64,000 nucleotides of DNA from the human T2T-CHM13v2.0 reference genome, Homo sapiens: assembly GCF_009914755.1 (NCBI RefSeq), contig NC_060945.1; one strand, given 5' to 3'. This document shows, piece after piece, positions 28,323-39,749 of the stretch; position 1 is the first letter of the stretch, and the number at the start of each line of letters is the position of its first letter. Under the pieces are notes generated by a model. That model did no database searches. It saw only the letters and a list, made by a program, of their open reading frames with translations, and was not told the DNA's origin. Both the position numbers and the translations under genes were made by a program.

Positions 28323-29172
28323 GGTGTATCTCTATTGTGATTACACCTGGACATTCAGGCATAACTGATCATTGTGGGGATTATTAATGAGACAAAACTG
28401 AAAAACATCTATTTGCATGGAGAGTGAGAATCCTCTGAGGAGAGACCTACTCTTGAGGTAACAGGAACTTTGGAATCCTGAGTCTGAGCTAGTTATAAGA
28501 ACTTAGTTGTCAGAAGGGAATAGAGATTCTTAGTACCATACAATGGCTCGTGTATAAGTCTGATGCTGGGATACACACTTGCATGCATATCTATATACCA
28601 GAGAGAGAAGCCTTGAAGTATAGCTTAAGGCTTCCTCACAGTGTAATGTTAAAGTATATTTTTAGGCTTCTCTCTTCCTAGCATAAGGGGCAGGTTTACG
28701 GAACTCTGTCACACACCAGTGCCCAAGAAACTATGCTCAGATCTCACAAAGAAGAGAGGAATTTTCTCTAACTCCTTCATGATCTCCACAGGCTTTGAGA
28801 TCCCATGGGCTCAAGAAACAAATGAAAGAGAACATCTCTGCCCAGCCATAGAAGAAACTACCAGACTCTGAAGTGGAACCACTTATACCAGTGCATCTAC
28901 ACCAAAAGGTGGAATGAGAGTGGCTGCTTTTCTGGCAGCGTGGAGACGAACATTAGAAAGAAGATGCTGGATTTGGGTAGCATGAAGCAGTGACCGTGTG
29001 CCCCACACCCAGTGAGCAGCAAGAACCCCCTCTAGGACTGGTGGAGCTGGAACCATCATTAAAGGATAAACTGCTCATCTCAAACCAGAGGCAATTAAGT
29101 GACAGAGGGTTCTCGATCCGACGACTCTCAGCTTTTGACAGTGGCCATAGCAATAAAAACAGCTATGCCATG
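28323..29172 (+). ncRNA. LINC00161: Spliced polyadenylated lncRNA, exons ~28323-28457 and 28792-~29172; probably LINC00161 (HORAS5/C21orf100)
   Basis: Donor GAG|GTAACA (28458), branch CTAAC 28768-28772, acceptor ccacAG 28790-28791, AATAAA 29152-29157 with downstream GU-rich tract; ~0.5 kb spliced, only short ORFs. Gene name rests on recall of locus and size, not on alignment. Confidence 0.55.
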
Positions 29173-30139
29173 CAGAATTGTCTTTGGCATTGTCAGTCAT
29201 GTGTCTACACTTGTACCTACTGCTGAACATTTGACAGACCCTCGGAGACTAACATATATGAGTCTAGAGTCTTTGCAGGAAACTAAAGTACATGTGTTAT
29301 CAGTAGATGATAGTAATGATCTTTCTTATTTACTGAAGCCTGTATATGACCTCATATATATTCATAAATTGCTGAGATTATGAAAGTTCAGATTTCATAG
29401 TGTCACTATTTTCAAGCTTATAAGAAATTTTATATTACATTATGCTTCATATTTGTTAATGGCAGTTCAAGGAGCAATTCGGTGCAATCATAGTTGTTTG
29501 TAGAGAATCCCGGAGGATGGAAAACTTTAAGAAAGGTCATATTTTGAAACTAATCTCAAACATGTTATATGGATCCTTCTCATTTTAAGTCACAAAGAGC
29601 AATCTTTCCTTAAATAATAAATTTTGTGATTTCTGTGATCTGTTTCAGTGATCATTTGTCCTAATAATTTATCTTATTAAATCTTGAGAATCTTTTGAAA
29701 ATATAATTACTTTAATTTTCTAAGAATCTGCCAGATAGTGGTTCTTGAACTTTCTTTGTTCTTTTTCTTTAAGAGTCTGTGTGTGTACTTCACTCTCAGC
29801 AGTAAAATTTCTTTAAAAAAGCTACAAATCCAAATATGGTGGGAAAATAATCTCTGAATTTCTTGTGAAGTGACAGTTTTTGGAAATAAACCCTCCCTAC
29901 AGCATAAAATTATTTCCTCATGATGTTGCGCATACTAGGAGCTCAATAAACATTTGTTGAATGGTGGAATCATATTTTTATGAATGTAGTTTGGGACTAA
30001 ATTTATATATCACCTGATATGCATCACTAAGTGATACATAAATTGCCTTCATGTTCCTCAATTGATAAATTTAGTCCCTAAAACCAAGAAAAGGTATGAA
30101 CGCCACTGTATCCTTAAGGCTTTTAATTCTAATGTGTAT

Positions 30140-30460
30140 TCTTTTATCTGAAAAAGAATTCCTGCTTATACAGAGCTGGAAATTTGCCTCTCTGAAACAT
30201 TACATTATTAGGTTTAGTGAGTTTCTATAAAGCATTACAGAGAAAGCCTGCCACACAACCTATATAAGATAACTTCAAATATTTCAACACAGCCATTGTG
30301 TGCCCTCTTAGGAGTCTCTTTTCAGTGTAACATTGGTTTCTTTTTCAATCATTCTTTCCACACATTTGACCATTTATTTAAGCCATTCTTTCCTCCATTG
30401 TATCTAATTTGTCATGACCTTCTTGAATTATGATTCTCAGAATTGAATACAGAGTTATAA
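30140..30460 (-). mobile_element. L3/CR1 LINE fragment
   Basis: ttcctgcttatacagagctggaaatttgcctctctg...cttcaaatatttcaacacagcc...ctcagaattgaatacag. Confidence 0.65.
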
Positions 30461-31329
30461 ATATAAACTCATCAGCATTCATTGTTCAAACCTTCAATAA
30501 TATTTAATGTACGCCCACTATAATCCAGCTAGTGTAGTGAGCACTAGTGGTTAAACAAGAAAGACATAGTCTTTACTTGCCTTAGGAAGCTTGGAGTCAA
30601 AGATGATGCCAAGATTGTAGTGGAGATAACCATATTAATACTAAATTATAAGTTTAGTAAGATTACAATTACAATAGATGGATCAAATGTTTATCTATGG
30701 GCATCACAATTATATTATGAAAATCAAATATCATGTTTGCATTTTTAACATCACATTAAAATTTTTATTAAAATAAATGTAGCGATCATCTCTGTTTTCA
30801 TATATTTGGCTAATAAAGCCATTCAGAAAATTAGGCACACTTGACATTGATTTTCTCAGAATGAAGAAAAGAAGAAAATACAGAAAAGCAAAAGTCTGAG
30901 TTAAAAAATGATATAAAAGCTCTGGAGTGCTGATAAATTGTAGCTTGCAAAAAGAAAGGATATGCTTAAACAAAGATCCAAAAGTCCAGAAAACATATAC
31001 TTAAAAAACAAAAAAAATTATTTTTCTTTAAAACAATATTTTTACAGTAGACAGAATACTAAAATAAAAATTAGAAGACCGAATATGAATTCAGGTTGTT
31101 TAAAGCAAATCAGTTATTCTCCTTTAGGCTTAATATCTTTATCAGAAATATGGAGTTTAAAATTTTCCTTCTTCCCTACCTATCATAAGTTATAATTTAT
31201 TTGATGGTATTTTGAGAATACTGTGATAAAATAATAATGCTTTGTAAAGAATAAACCACAATGTAAAGATACCTACTTATTTTTACAGAAGAAGGAGCAA
31301 AATTATGGTTACAGTTAAGATAAAATAAC

Positions 31330-33320
31330 AGTTGTTGGACTTACTCTCTTACCATATAAAGCTGTAAAATGATGCTATCATACACAGATAGTTCAGAGCT
31401 CTGATCCTTTAAAAAGGAAAATATGAGTTCCACATTTGCCTCAGTTTCTTCTCTGGTGACACTCTCCAAACTGAGCCATAGAGAAGTGGAGACAGATACA
31501 AAGCAATAGAATTACTGGGTAGACAAACAGAGATCTGTAGGATTTGGGGCTGCTGAGGTGGCTAAAATTTACGGGACAGAATTTTGGAGAGGAGAGACAT
31601 ATAACATACTGAGAAGGAAGCCCATAAATCTGCATGTGGTCTATCTTGATTCTTTTATGAAATATTAAGCTTCATTTGCACAGGCTGAGACATCATAATG
31701 GTTTCTGAAAGAGATCTGAATGGAAGTTAAATGAAAATTCTAGAGACTCCTTAGGGCTAAGAAGACTGAACCTCCCTAAAAACCATCAACTTCTATTTCA
31801 GACTTCAGAAAGACCAAGTTTTAGGATGAGCAGTATTTTAGACATACTCAAGTCTTGACACCAGCAAGCTGATCTGTGTGTAATCACTTATCAGAACAAT
31901 GAATAATATTCTTTAAAGAAGTTTACAAATTCAGATTTCAGCAATGTAGCATCCACAGTGTTGAGCATACAATCAAAAGTACAATGTTTGTAAATAAATA
32001 GAGAAAAATGTAGAATAAACAGTCAATAGACATAGACACAGAGATGACACATAGAAGACGTGAATATCAGCATTATGACACAAGGTTCTTCATATAGTTA
32101 TGATAAATATACTCAAGAAATTCAAGGACAAACTGGATATAATAAATAAACAGATGAAAAAAGGATGTTCTAAAACTGAAAAATACAATATCTGAAATGA
32201 AAAGGGAATCAGAGATTGGGCACCACTGAAGAAAAGTTCAGGAAACTGAAGACAGACCATAAAACTATCCAAACACAAGCACTAACTGTAAAAGAATGCA
32301 AACCCAAAAAGCATCATTCATGTGTAAAGTACTTTAAAATACTTTAATACTCATCCCATAGATCCAGTAATCTCAAAGAATTAGGATAAACACAGAAAAG
32401 AACATGTGGGGCATGTCACTGTCAAATGGCAACAACCCAAAAATAAAGAGAAAAGTCCTAAAAGCACTTAGATTAAAAAGATACATTATATACAGGAAAA
32501 ATGTAACAAATGGCTTCACTTGCAGAAGGTGATAAAACAACATTTTAAATAGCTGAGATAAAATGTCAATGTAGAATTCAATGCATTGCAAAAATAATCC
32601 TTCAAAAATAAAGAGAAGATAAAAATATTTTTGTTAAACAAAGCTTGACAGAATTTGTCACCCACAGACTTAAAGCTCAATCAATAATAAAGTTCTTTAG
32701 GAGAAATAGGTGCCACTTAGGAATTCGAATGTATTTGAAGAAATAATGAATAGGAATGGTTAACATGTAATTAAATATAAAATATGCTTTTATCCTTCTT
32801 AATTTAAAAAAATGACTTTAACGCAAATAGTAATAACAATGCCTGTTGAGGTTTATAACATATTTAGAAGTAACTAATATGATAAAGTAACACAAAATAG
32901 AAAAGAAGTGATGAGAAATATATTGTCATTAGATTCTTATATTATATAAGAAGTGACAGAATATAGTTTTGAAGTAGATAGTGATAAGGTAAAGATGTAT
33001 ACTATGACCCTTAGAACAACAATTAAAATTAAAATAATAAATAAAGGATATGTATTTAATTAGATAATATATGAGATAAAGTGGATTTCTAAAGCCACAT
33101 GAATAATACAACAGAATGCAATTTATTTAATGAGTCAGTACACCCTTGATACCAAATGGTGGGAAAAAAGAAGAAATAAATAGCAAATGGTATTACTACT
33201 ATAGAAAACAAATAACAGGATTAAAGACTTAAACCCAATGATAATTAATAATTATATTAACGCAAATGCAAATACTATATACTATGTATATACTATATAC
33301 ATTTCAATTAACAGATCGAT
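31330..33320 (+). mobile_element. Old L1M 5' region, ORF1 and start of ORF2
   Basis: A-rich; aaagagaaaagtcctaaaagca, aaaataatccttcaaaaataaag, gacttaaacccaa..taattatattaa. Confidence 0.65.
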
Positions 33321-33321
33321 A

Positions 33322-34535
33322 ACATGCAACCTGCCAAAAATAGAGAACAAACCCTCAGCCCCCAATATGGCACCATTTCACTAGGAGACTGAACAGACGC
33401 TCAACAGCAATTTGACCACATTAGACCCCTTCACTCTGAAAGGGACGGTGATTAATCTTGACTCAAACTGACATATATTCTGTAGATAGTGTTGCCTTTT
33501 CTGCTTCACAAGACCTCAGCCAGCACCAACATCTAAGAGTTTAGTGTTAGATTTATAAGCACAAAAATTGCATGAAACCAAGGGATTTATTTTATAGCAA
33601 CACGTATGGCAATTAGCACACAACAATGGGATCCACTGGTCCTAATAATGCAGGCACCACCACTCAGAATCTGTCAGACTGACCTTCCAGTAAGGTGGCG
33701 TGCTGAAGTTGCAGCTGAGGTACCAGCTCAGATATGATACTATGTGAGGATGAGTATCATGCTCAAGGATGAAATATATACTCTTAGTTTGCAACTAATA
33801 TATGGTGTTATGTCTTCAACTGAGAGAAATCATGGATCCAGAAACCAAAATGTGAATGTAAAAGTGGTCTTGGTTACTATCATTTTTTTAAATCCATATT
33901 CATGGTGCCTTCAACACTGCACTCTGAAAAGGTCTTTGTAAATCCTAGTTATCCAAATGGTTAACATTTCCAATTAATGACCCAAAAAGAGTCTCAACAG
34001 ATTTTATTCTTTGGCTATTGCCTGTGCACTCTGAACTTCAGCAAAGAAACTAGCAGAAACACAGAAGATTCAATGACCTGAAGTGGGTAATTGTCCCTGA
34101 TTATCACAGAGATAGTGCTGCTGTTACAAAATTGAGGAATAAGTTTGGCACTCAGATGACACACTTGAACATTTTTTCTGCCTCCTTTGCACATTACCTG
34201 TTAGTGGAGTGTAGCAGCCACATCTTAAGAAGGTCATGATGATCAGGTCTTCAGCTATCTGAGATATGAGGTTCTTGGTCTTACCCTAGGTAAACCTCCT
34301 AAATGAGCAGAGTTGCTATCCAATTGTGAATGGACTCTTGAATGGCTAATAGACAGTAGAGATAATGAGTATCCTTTGTGGCCAAGAGAACAGCTTCAGT
34401 GGTAGAGGCTATAGTTCATCCCACTAAAATTCATTTTACAAATTTCCCCTGGGAAATAAGGCCCACCAGAGTCCTGATGGATTTTTTCAAGAAATCCTAT
34501 GAAGTAAGTGGACCCAAGAGGCACAAATAATGAAA
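33322..34535 (+). mobile_element. ERVL internal 3' part (ERV3-16A3-like): degenerate integrase onward
   Basis: tgcaacctgccaaaaatagag..agcccccaatatggcaccatt corresponds to ERVL IN CQQQRPTLSPRYGTI. Confidence 0.8.
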
Positions 34536-34980
34536 TATAGTGGATGGAGTCCTGTGCATCCTAGTACTCCAGCACCCTAGCCCTCTAGTTCTGAAAGAAT
34601 TATTCTCCTAACTGCTGGAAGGGGTGTTGGCAGATAGGTTTCATATATGAGCTCTCTCTGCCAATTACTCTCAGCTAAAGAGAGTCATTTCACGTAAGGC
34701 TATATCTTCTCTCAGTACAGTCTGAAACCAACCACTACTTAATACAGAGTCATAACAGTCCAGTTTCTTTGCTTCGATTCAGCATCTTAAAGGGTAATTC
34801 TGGATTTTGATATTCTTATCAGATAAACTGACACATTTGTTGTGACTGCATTTTATCACAACTTCTCCTAACTAAACCCACTACCAACACTTTCATGGTA
34901 GGTAGATAGTTATCCCAAGAGAGAACTCTGCAATAAATTTTCTGAAAGCCAATGTGTCTCAGAATCTAACCTGTAATGCC
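34536..34980 (+). mobile_element. LTR16-family 3' LTR
   Basis: tatagtggatgg start directly after the internal sequence; caataaa..tctcagaatct..aacct end. Confidence 0.65.
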
Positions 34981-35364
34981 AACACATGAAAACCACAAAA
35001 TCTTTGCTGAAAATAAATTAAAGAATACCTAAATAAGTTGGAAAATATATTCCTAAAGCACAAGGCACAAAATTGCTAAGATGTCAAATATACCCCAAAG
35101 TGTCCTTTGTATTCAATACAAGCCCATTAAAATTTTATAGTTGTTTTTGTGGAATTTGACAAAGATGTTAAATTGTATATGGAAATAATAAGTATGTAGA
35201 TGATTCTCAAAAGCAATCTTTATGAAGACAAATTTGGAGTATTTACAATACTTGCCTTTAAGACATAGAACAAGGTACATTAAGACAATTTAGACTGCTG
35301 GAAAGAAAAATGAATATATTTAATAAACCCAAAGAGTTTTCTTAGAAATATACCCAAAATGTAC

Positions 35365-35476
35365 AATTAATTAATCTTTTAAAAGAACTCCAAAAAATAA
35401 TATTTTAATTAATCTTTTAAAAGAACACCAAAGAATTAATCTTTTAATTAATTGATCTTTTAAAAGAACACCAAAT
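35365..35476. repeat. Local imperfect triplication of aattaatcttttaaaagaacaccaaa
   Basis: Three copies plus a partial copy, seen directly. Confidence 0.85.
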
Positions 35477-36086
35477 TACATTTAGTTAGAAATGAAAATC
35501 TTTCCACCAAATGGTGCCAAAATAGGCAAACACAAACATTCATATGGACAAAAGTTGAACACTGACCCCTCCACCAGTACTTTTTCACACAAAAACGTTA
35601 ATTCAAAGTAGGTCCTATATCTAAATGTACACACCAAAATCATAAGGCTTATACAAGAAATCATTAGATAATATCTCCAAGCTCTTTAAGTCTATTAGAT
35701 AGAACAGAAAATCTGTGGACCATGAAAACAACTAATAAATATGATCCCATCAAAAATTTAAGAAGCTCCTTCTCCAAAAACATCTGCTCTTTAAACAGTG
35801 AAAAGGCAAAGCCACAGCCTGCAGAAAATATTCAGAACATTTCTATCTGGCAAAGGACTTGTACCCAGGATATATAAAGACCTCTTACAACTCAGTGAGA
35901 ACAACACAAGAACCAAAATTACTTAGATGGGCATAAGACTTGAATAGAAACCTCACAATGAAGATAAGGAAGATATACGAAGGCAAACAAGCATAAGAAA
36001 AGGTATTATGTGTCATTAATCATCAAAGAAATGCAAATCAAACCACAGTGAAATGTTTGACAACCTGAAATATAGGCTATTTGGAG

Positions 36087-36452
36087 TGCTATGGCTTGAA
36101 TGTTTGTGTCTCCCCAAAATTTGTATTTTGAAACGTAATTATCAATGTGATTGTGTGAGGAGGTAGTGCCTTTAAGAGGTGATTTGGTCATGATGGCAGA
36201 ACCCCCGTGAATGGGATTAATTCCCTGATTAAGAAGACTCCAGGAATCTCCTTTGCCCCTTCCACCATGGGAGGACACAGCTAGATGATGCCGTCTATGA
36301 ACCAGAAAGCAAGCTCTCATCAAACACTGAATCTGCTGAACCCTTGATCTTGGACCTGCCAGCCTCTAGAACTTTGAGAAATAAATTTCTGTTTTTTAAT
36401 AAGCCACCTGATCTAAGGTATTTTGTTATAGCAGCCTAAATTGACTAAGACA
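36087..36452 (+). mobile_element. MLT1A/MLT1A0 MaLR solo LTR
   Basis: tgctatggcttgaatgtttgtgtc...gactaagaca; 5-bp TSD tggag/tggaa. Confidence 0.88.
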
Positions 36453-38733
36453 TGGAACAACCATAATTTTTATACATGGCAGGTAGAACACTGGCAATTT
36501 CTTATAAAATTAAACCTCCACTGGCCCTATAATTTGTGGTTCCATTCTTTGGTATTTAATGAAGTAAATAAAAACATATATCAACTAAAAGTTTCTAGAA
36601 GAATATTTGTAGGACCCTTATTCTTTGTAGCTCAAAGCTCAAAACAACACAGATGTTCCTCAACAGAAAAATGAATAAACAAATATTTGTGTAATGGAAT
36701 ATTACTCAGTAACAAAAAGAATGAACTATGATACATGCAAGAACTTAGATAATTCCAAAAATATTTTATTTATATTAATTTCTAGAACAGAACAAATTCA
36801 TCATTATAAGAATCAGGTAACAATCGCCTCTGAGGAATTAATTGACTGGGAAGTGAAGGGAAGAACATTTCTGGGTTGATAGAAATGTTCTATCTTGATA
36901 GGAATGTGGATAACACAGTTGTATGTATTTGTAATACACTCTAGAAATATATACATTTGTCTTATCATACACAATGCACTATAGATTAGTGGATTACTGT
37001 ATTCCACTGTATAAAATTTTTACCTCAAAAAATAAGTAGAATTATATATCAGGAAGCTACTAACAGGCAGCACATGGCAGAATTTCTGGGAGGTCAGAAG
37101 CAAATTACAAATTGGTTGTTTGTAGTGACTACACAACTCAGTTTTGTCTTCTCTTCCTCCTTATAGAATGTTTCTCTTTTTCTTGTCAGTTAGCAGATAA
37201 ATATTTAATGAGCGTCCATTATATTCTAGGCACCATAATCTCAGTTTCTCTACATCTGACATGTCATGGCAGCTAGCTAGCTAGTTAGTTAAGTTATAAA
37301 TTTGAAATTAATGTTCCCTTTTCTTTATAATTTTTAAGAATGTGGGAAAAATTGATATAAAAAAACAGCTGTTGGAAAATTTTCTGTCAGTGATGAACTG
37401 GTGGTGGGGAAAGTTTTTGTTTGGGAAATTCTTAGTCCTCATGAAAAAATTGAAGGTTTGTATTCTTCAAGTTGAATCTTTTCCAACTCTCAAAGAGTTT
37501 CATGGAAATACACACACACTAAAAGGACAAATTCAGGGTAGAGTTTTACTTTACTGTATCTTGTAGATCATGCCTTGCTGGCTGTTTAAGCATCATCTGA
37601 AGAGTTTGATAAATATGCAGATTTTTGAGTCCTAATTTTGGAAATTCTATTTTAGCAAAGCTATACAGCCAGGTTCTTAAAATATCATTATAGACAACCG
37701 GGTTCTAGAAATACATACACAAAAACTCTATGAGGAAGAGACAGTATATACGAGGGATCATCATAGGCAAAATGAAAAAAAAAAAAGATGGCTGTATGAG
37801 TGATTCCCCTTACACCTCCCTCTTGGTTCTAATTTTGTCTTCACCACAGCCTCCAGGGGCACAGAGTTGGCTCTGTGTTACAAGACCCAGAAATAAGCAA
37901 AACCCCTTTCCCACCTTGCAAGCGGCAAGTTATTTTCAAATTTTAGCTTTTTCTTTGCTAAGAACCCAGGAGAAAGTAAAAGAAAATGCAAAATTAGAAA
38001 AGGCTTAGCCTAATAAAATACAGATTTCTGAGCCAAACATAGTCAAATTGAAACCATAAGTTAGCTGGTCCAATTTACTGACATTCAGGTCAGTTTGCTC
38101 AACTTCCTCCAACACATTCTACTGATTAGAGATTCATCTGGGTTTAGGGGTAAAAAACCAAAAACCTCCATTTAAACTTATAAATTACTTCTCAGGAAGG
38201 TTAAGTTGATCATAAATTTTAGTCAGATAATCTTATGTTTTTTTGTTTTGGTTTGGTTTTTGTTTCTATCTAATACAAAGCTACAAAAATGATGGACATT
38301 TAAGGGATGGGAGAAGAACTGAAATTACAATTTTTGAGCAAGAAACATAGGGAAACAAGTCAGCATCTGAACTTTTAGCAGCTCCTTGCATGCGCATGCT
38401 GCAGGCCCCAAGTGCCCTTCACAAATCAATCAATCCTTCTTTTATCACTCAGAGTTTCTCTCTAGGTCCCCACCTTCAGAAACTATCCCTCTATTCTCCT
38501 GGCTTTTTTCTTCTCTTTGCGTGGTCCCCTCTGAACCTTGACTCAATTGGCCAATCCTTGACTTGGCCATACCTTACTCTTCTGTAGGTTCCCTCCCATT
38601 TGATTGTCTTCAATCCCTACACTCTGGCTTCTTCCCTCATCTTGATCTAGACTCAAAAACACTGCCCCTATGCTCCGGGGCTCCTTCTTCTCTGAAAGTT
38701 GACATCAAATGCATGAGGGGATAAATGTAGAAT

Positions 38734-38774
38734 TCAATGCCCTGATATGGTCAGAAGCCCTATCAGGGCATTGA
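38734..38774. repeat. Perfect 14-bp inverted repeat with 13-nt spacer
   Basis: tcaatgccctgata (38734-38747) / tatcagggcattga (38761-38774). Confidence 0.95.
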
Positions 38775-39342
38775 GAATAGATAAATATTATTTATCTGTT
38801 TACACATTTTCACACAATTTTGGCCCTATGCTATGGACTTCTCACTCTACAGTCTAGGTTCAGCACTATCTCTTTCATTCTCTTATTTTTTCTTGAAAAT
38901 GAATATCATGACCTATGACTCCCAATAGCTATCTTCCTATTGCTGATAGAATTATTTGCTGACAAATTATTTGGATGACTTTACATCCAAAGCATATGTT
39001 TTCTTTTTCCAGCCTCTTACACATTGCCATCTGGTGTCTGTTCCTGCCTTATCTCCATCTACATGATCTCTTAGACCTCTTTGATGCATTAAAAAATATA
39101 AAGCCTGCTTTATTAAAGACCATGAAACCCTTTCAGTAAACTTACCTCCTTCCTAGTTTGCTTAAACCAAGTGGAGCAGGATTATATTATGAAGAAAAGT
39201 AGTACCAGTAAGACTAGGTACAAATTGGAAAGCAGCTGCCCTCCCAATTCAAGGTAACATACTTTTATTGTGGCCTTTCTGTGTCCCAGAGATTTTGTTT
39301 AAATGCTAGATAAACAAGTTAGGGGAAAAAGATAAATTGTTG

Positions 39343-39390
39343 AATTCTTGAATGATTGAGAAATTCTTGAATGATTGAGAATTTCTTGAA
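39343..39390. repeat. 19-bp tandem repeat, 2.5 copies
   Basis: aattcttgaatgattgaga twice plus atttcttgaa. Confidence 0.9.
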
Positions 39391-39749
39391 AAGAACATGA
39401 AATTCTAAGGAAAGCTTTATCTGGGTGAACCTGAGTTCTAAAACTCCATTTGCAAAGACCTAACAGAAATATCTTGCCATAATCTTAATATCAACAAAAC
39501 TAAACTCACTAGTCTATTTTTAATTGTCCCTGAAAAACGACATTTTATGTTTCAGTCATCCAGCTCCCTTATTAATACTTTTATTCCTTTTTTACATTGC
39601 TTCATGTACAATCAACAAGCTTTTCCTTTTTTGAGGTCTACATACTGGACTGTTAATACCTGTCATAGAATTTATTTATTGAGCTGAATTTTGCTTCATA
39701 AGCCTACATAACAATGCTATGGCATCATTAATGTTGGAAAACTAAAATT

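Larger units (their letters stand above)
34981..37035 (+). mobile_element. Old L1M(E) ORF2 3' part and 3' UTR, interrupted by MLT1A
   Basis: aaaggacttgtacccaggatatataaaga; gaaatgcaaatcaaaccacagtga; ctgggttgatagaaatgttctatcttgat. Confidence 0.75.

Noticed and set aside
28990-29383. 78-aa and 94-aa ORFs in the ORF track
   Set aside because: Non-ATG starts, run through the poly(A) signal, no recognisable homology.
36862-36891. 11-bp inverted repeat agaacatttct/agaaatgttct resembling a hairpin or steroid response element
   Set aside because: Lies in an L1ME 3'UTR segment that is already quasi-palindromic; spacing is wrong for an ARE/GRE.
38388-38399. 12-bp palindrome gcatgcgcatgc as an NRF1 site
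   Set aside because: Only a partial match to TGCGCATGCGCA and no CpG-island context.
39343-39390. Short direct repeats as a CRISPR-like or heat-shock array (also 35365-35476, 14244-14278)
   Set aside because: Slippage duplications with no unique spacers, in eukaryotic DNA; TTCnnGAA units are not contiguous HSE triplets.
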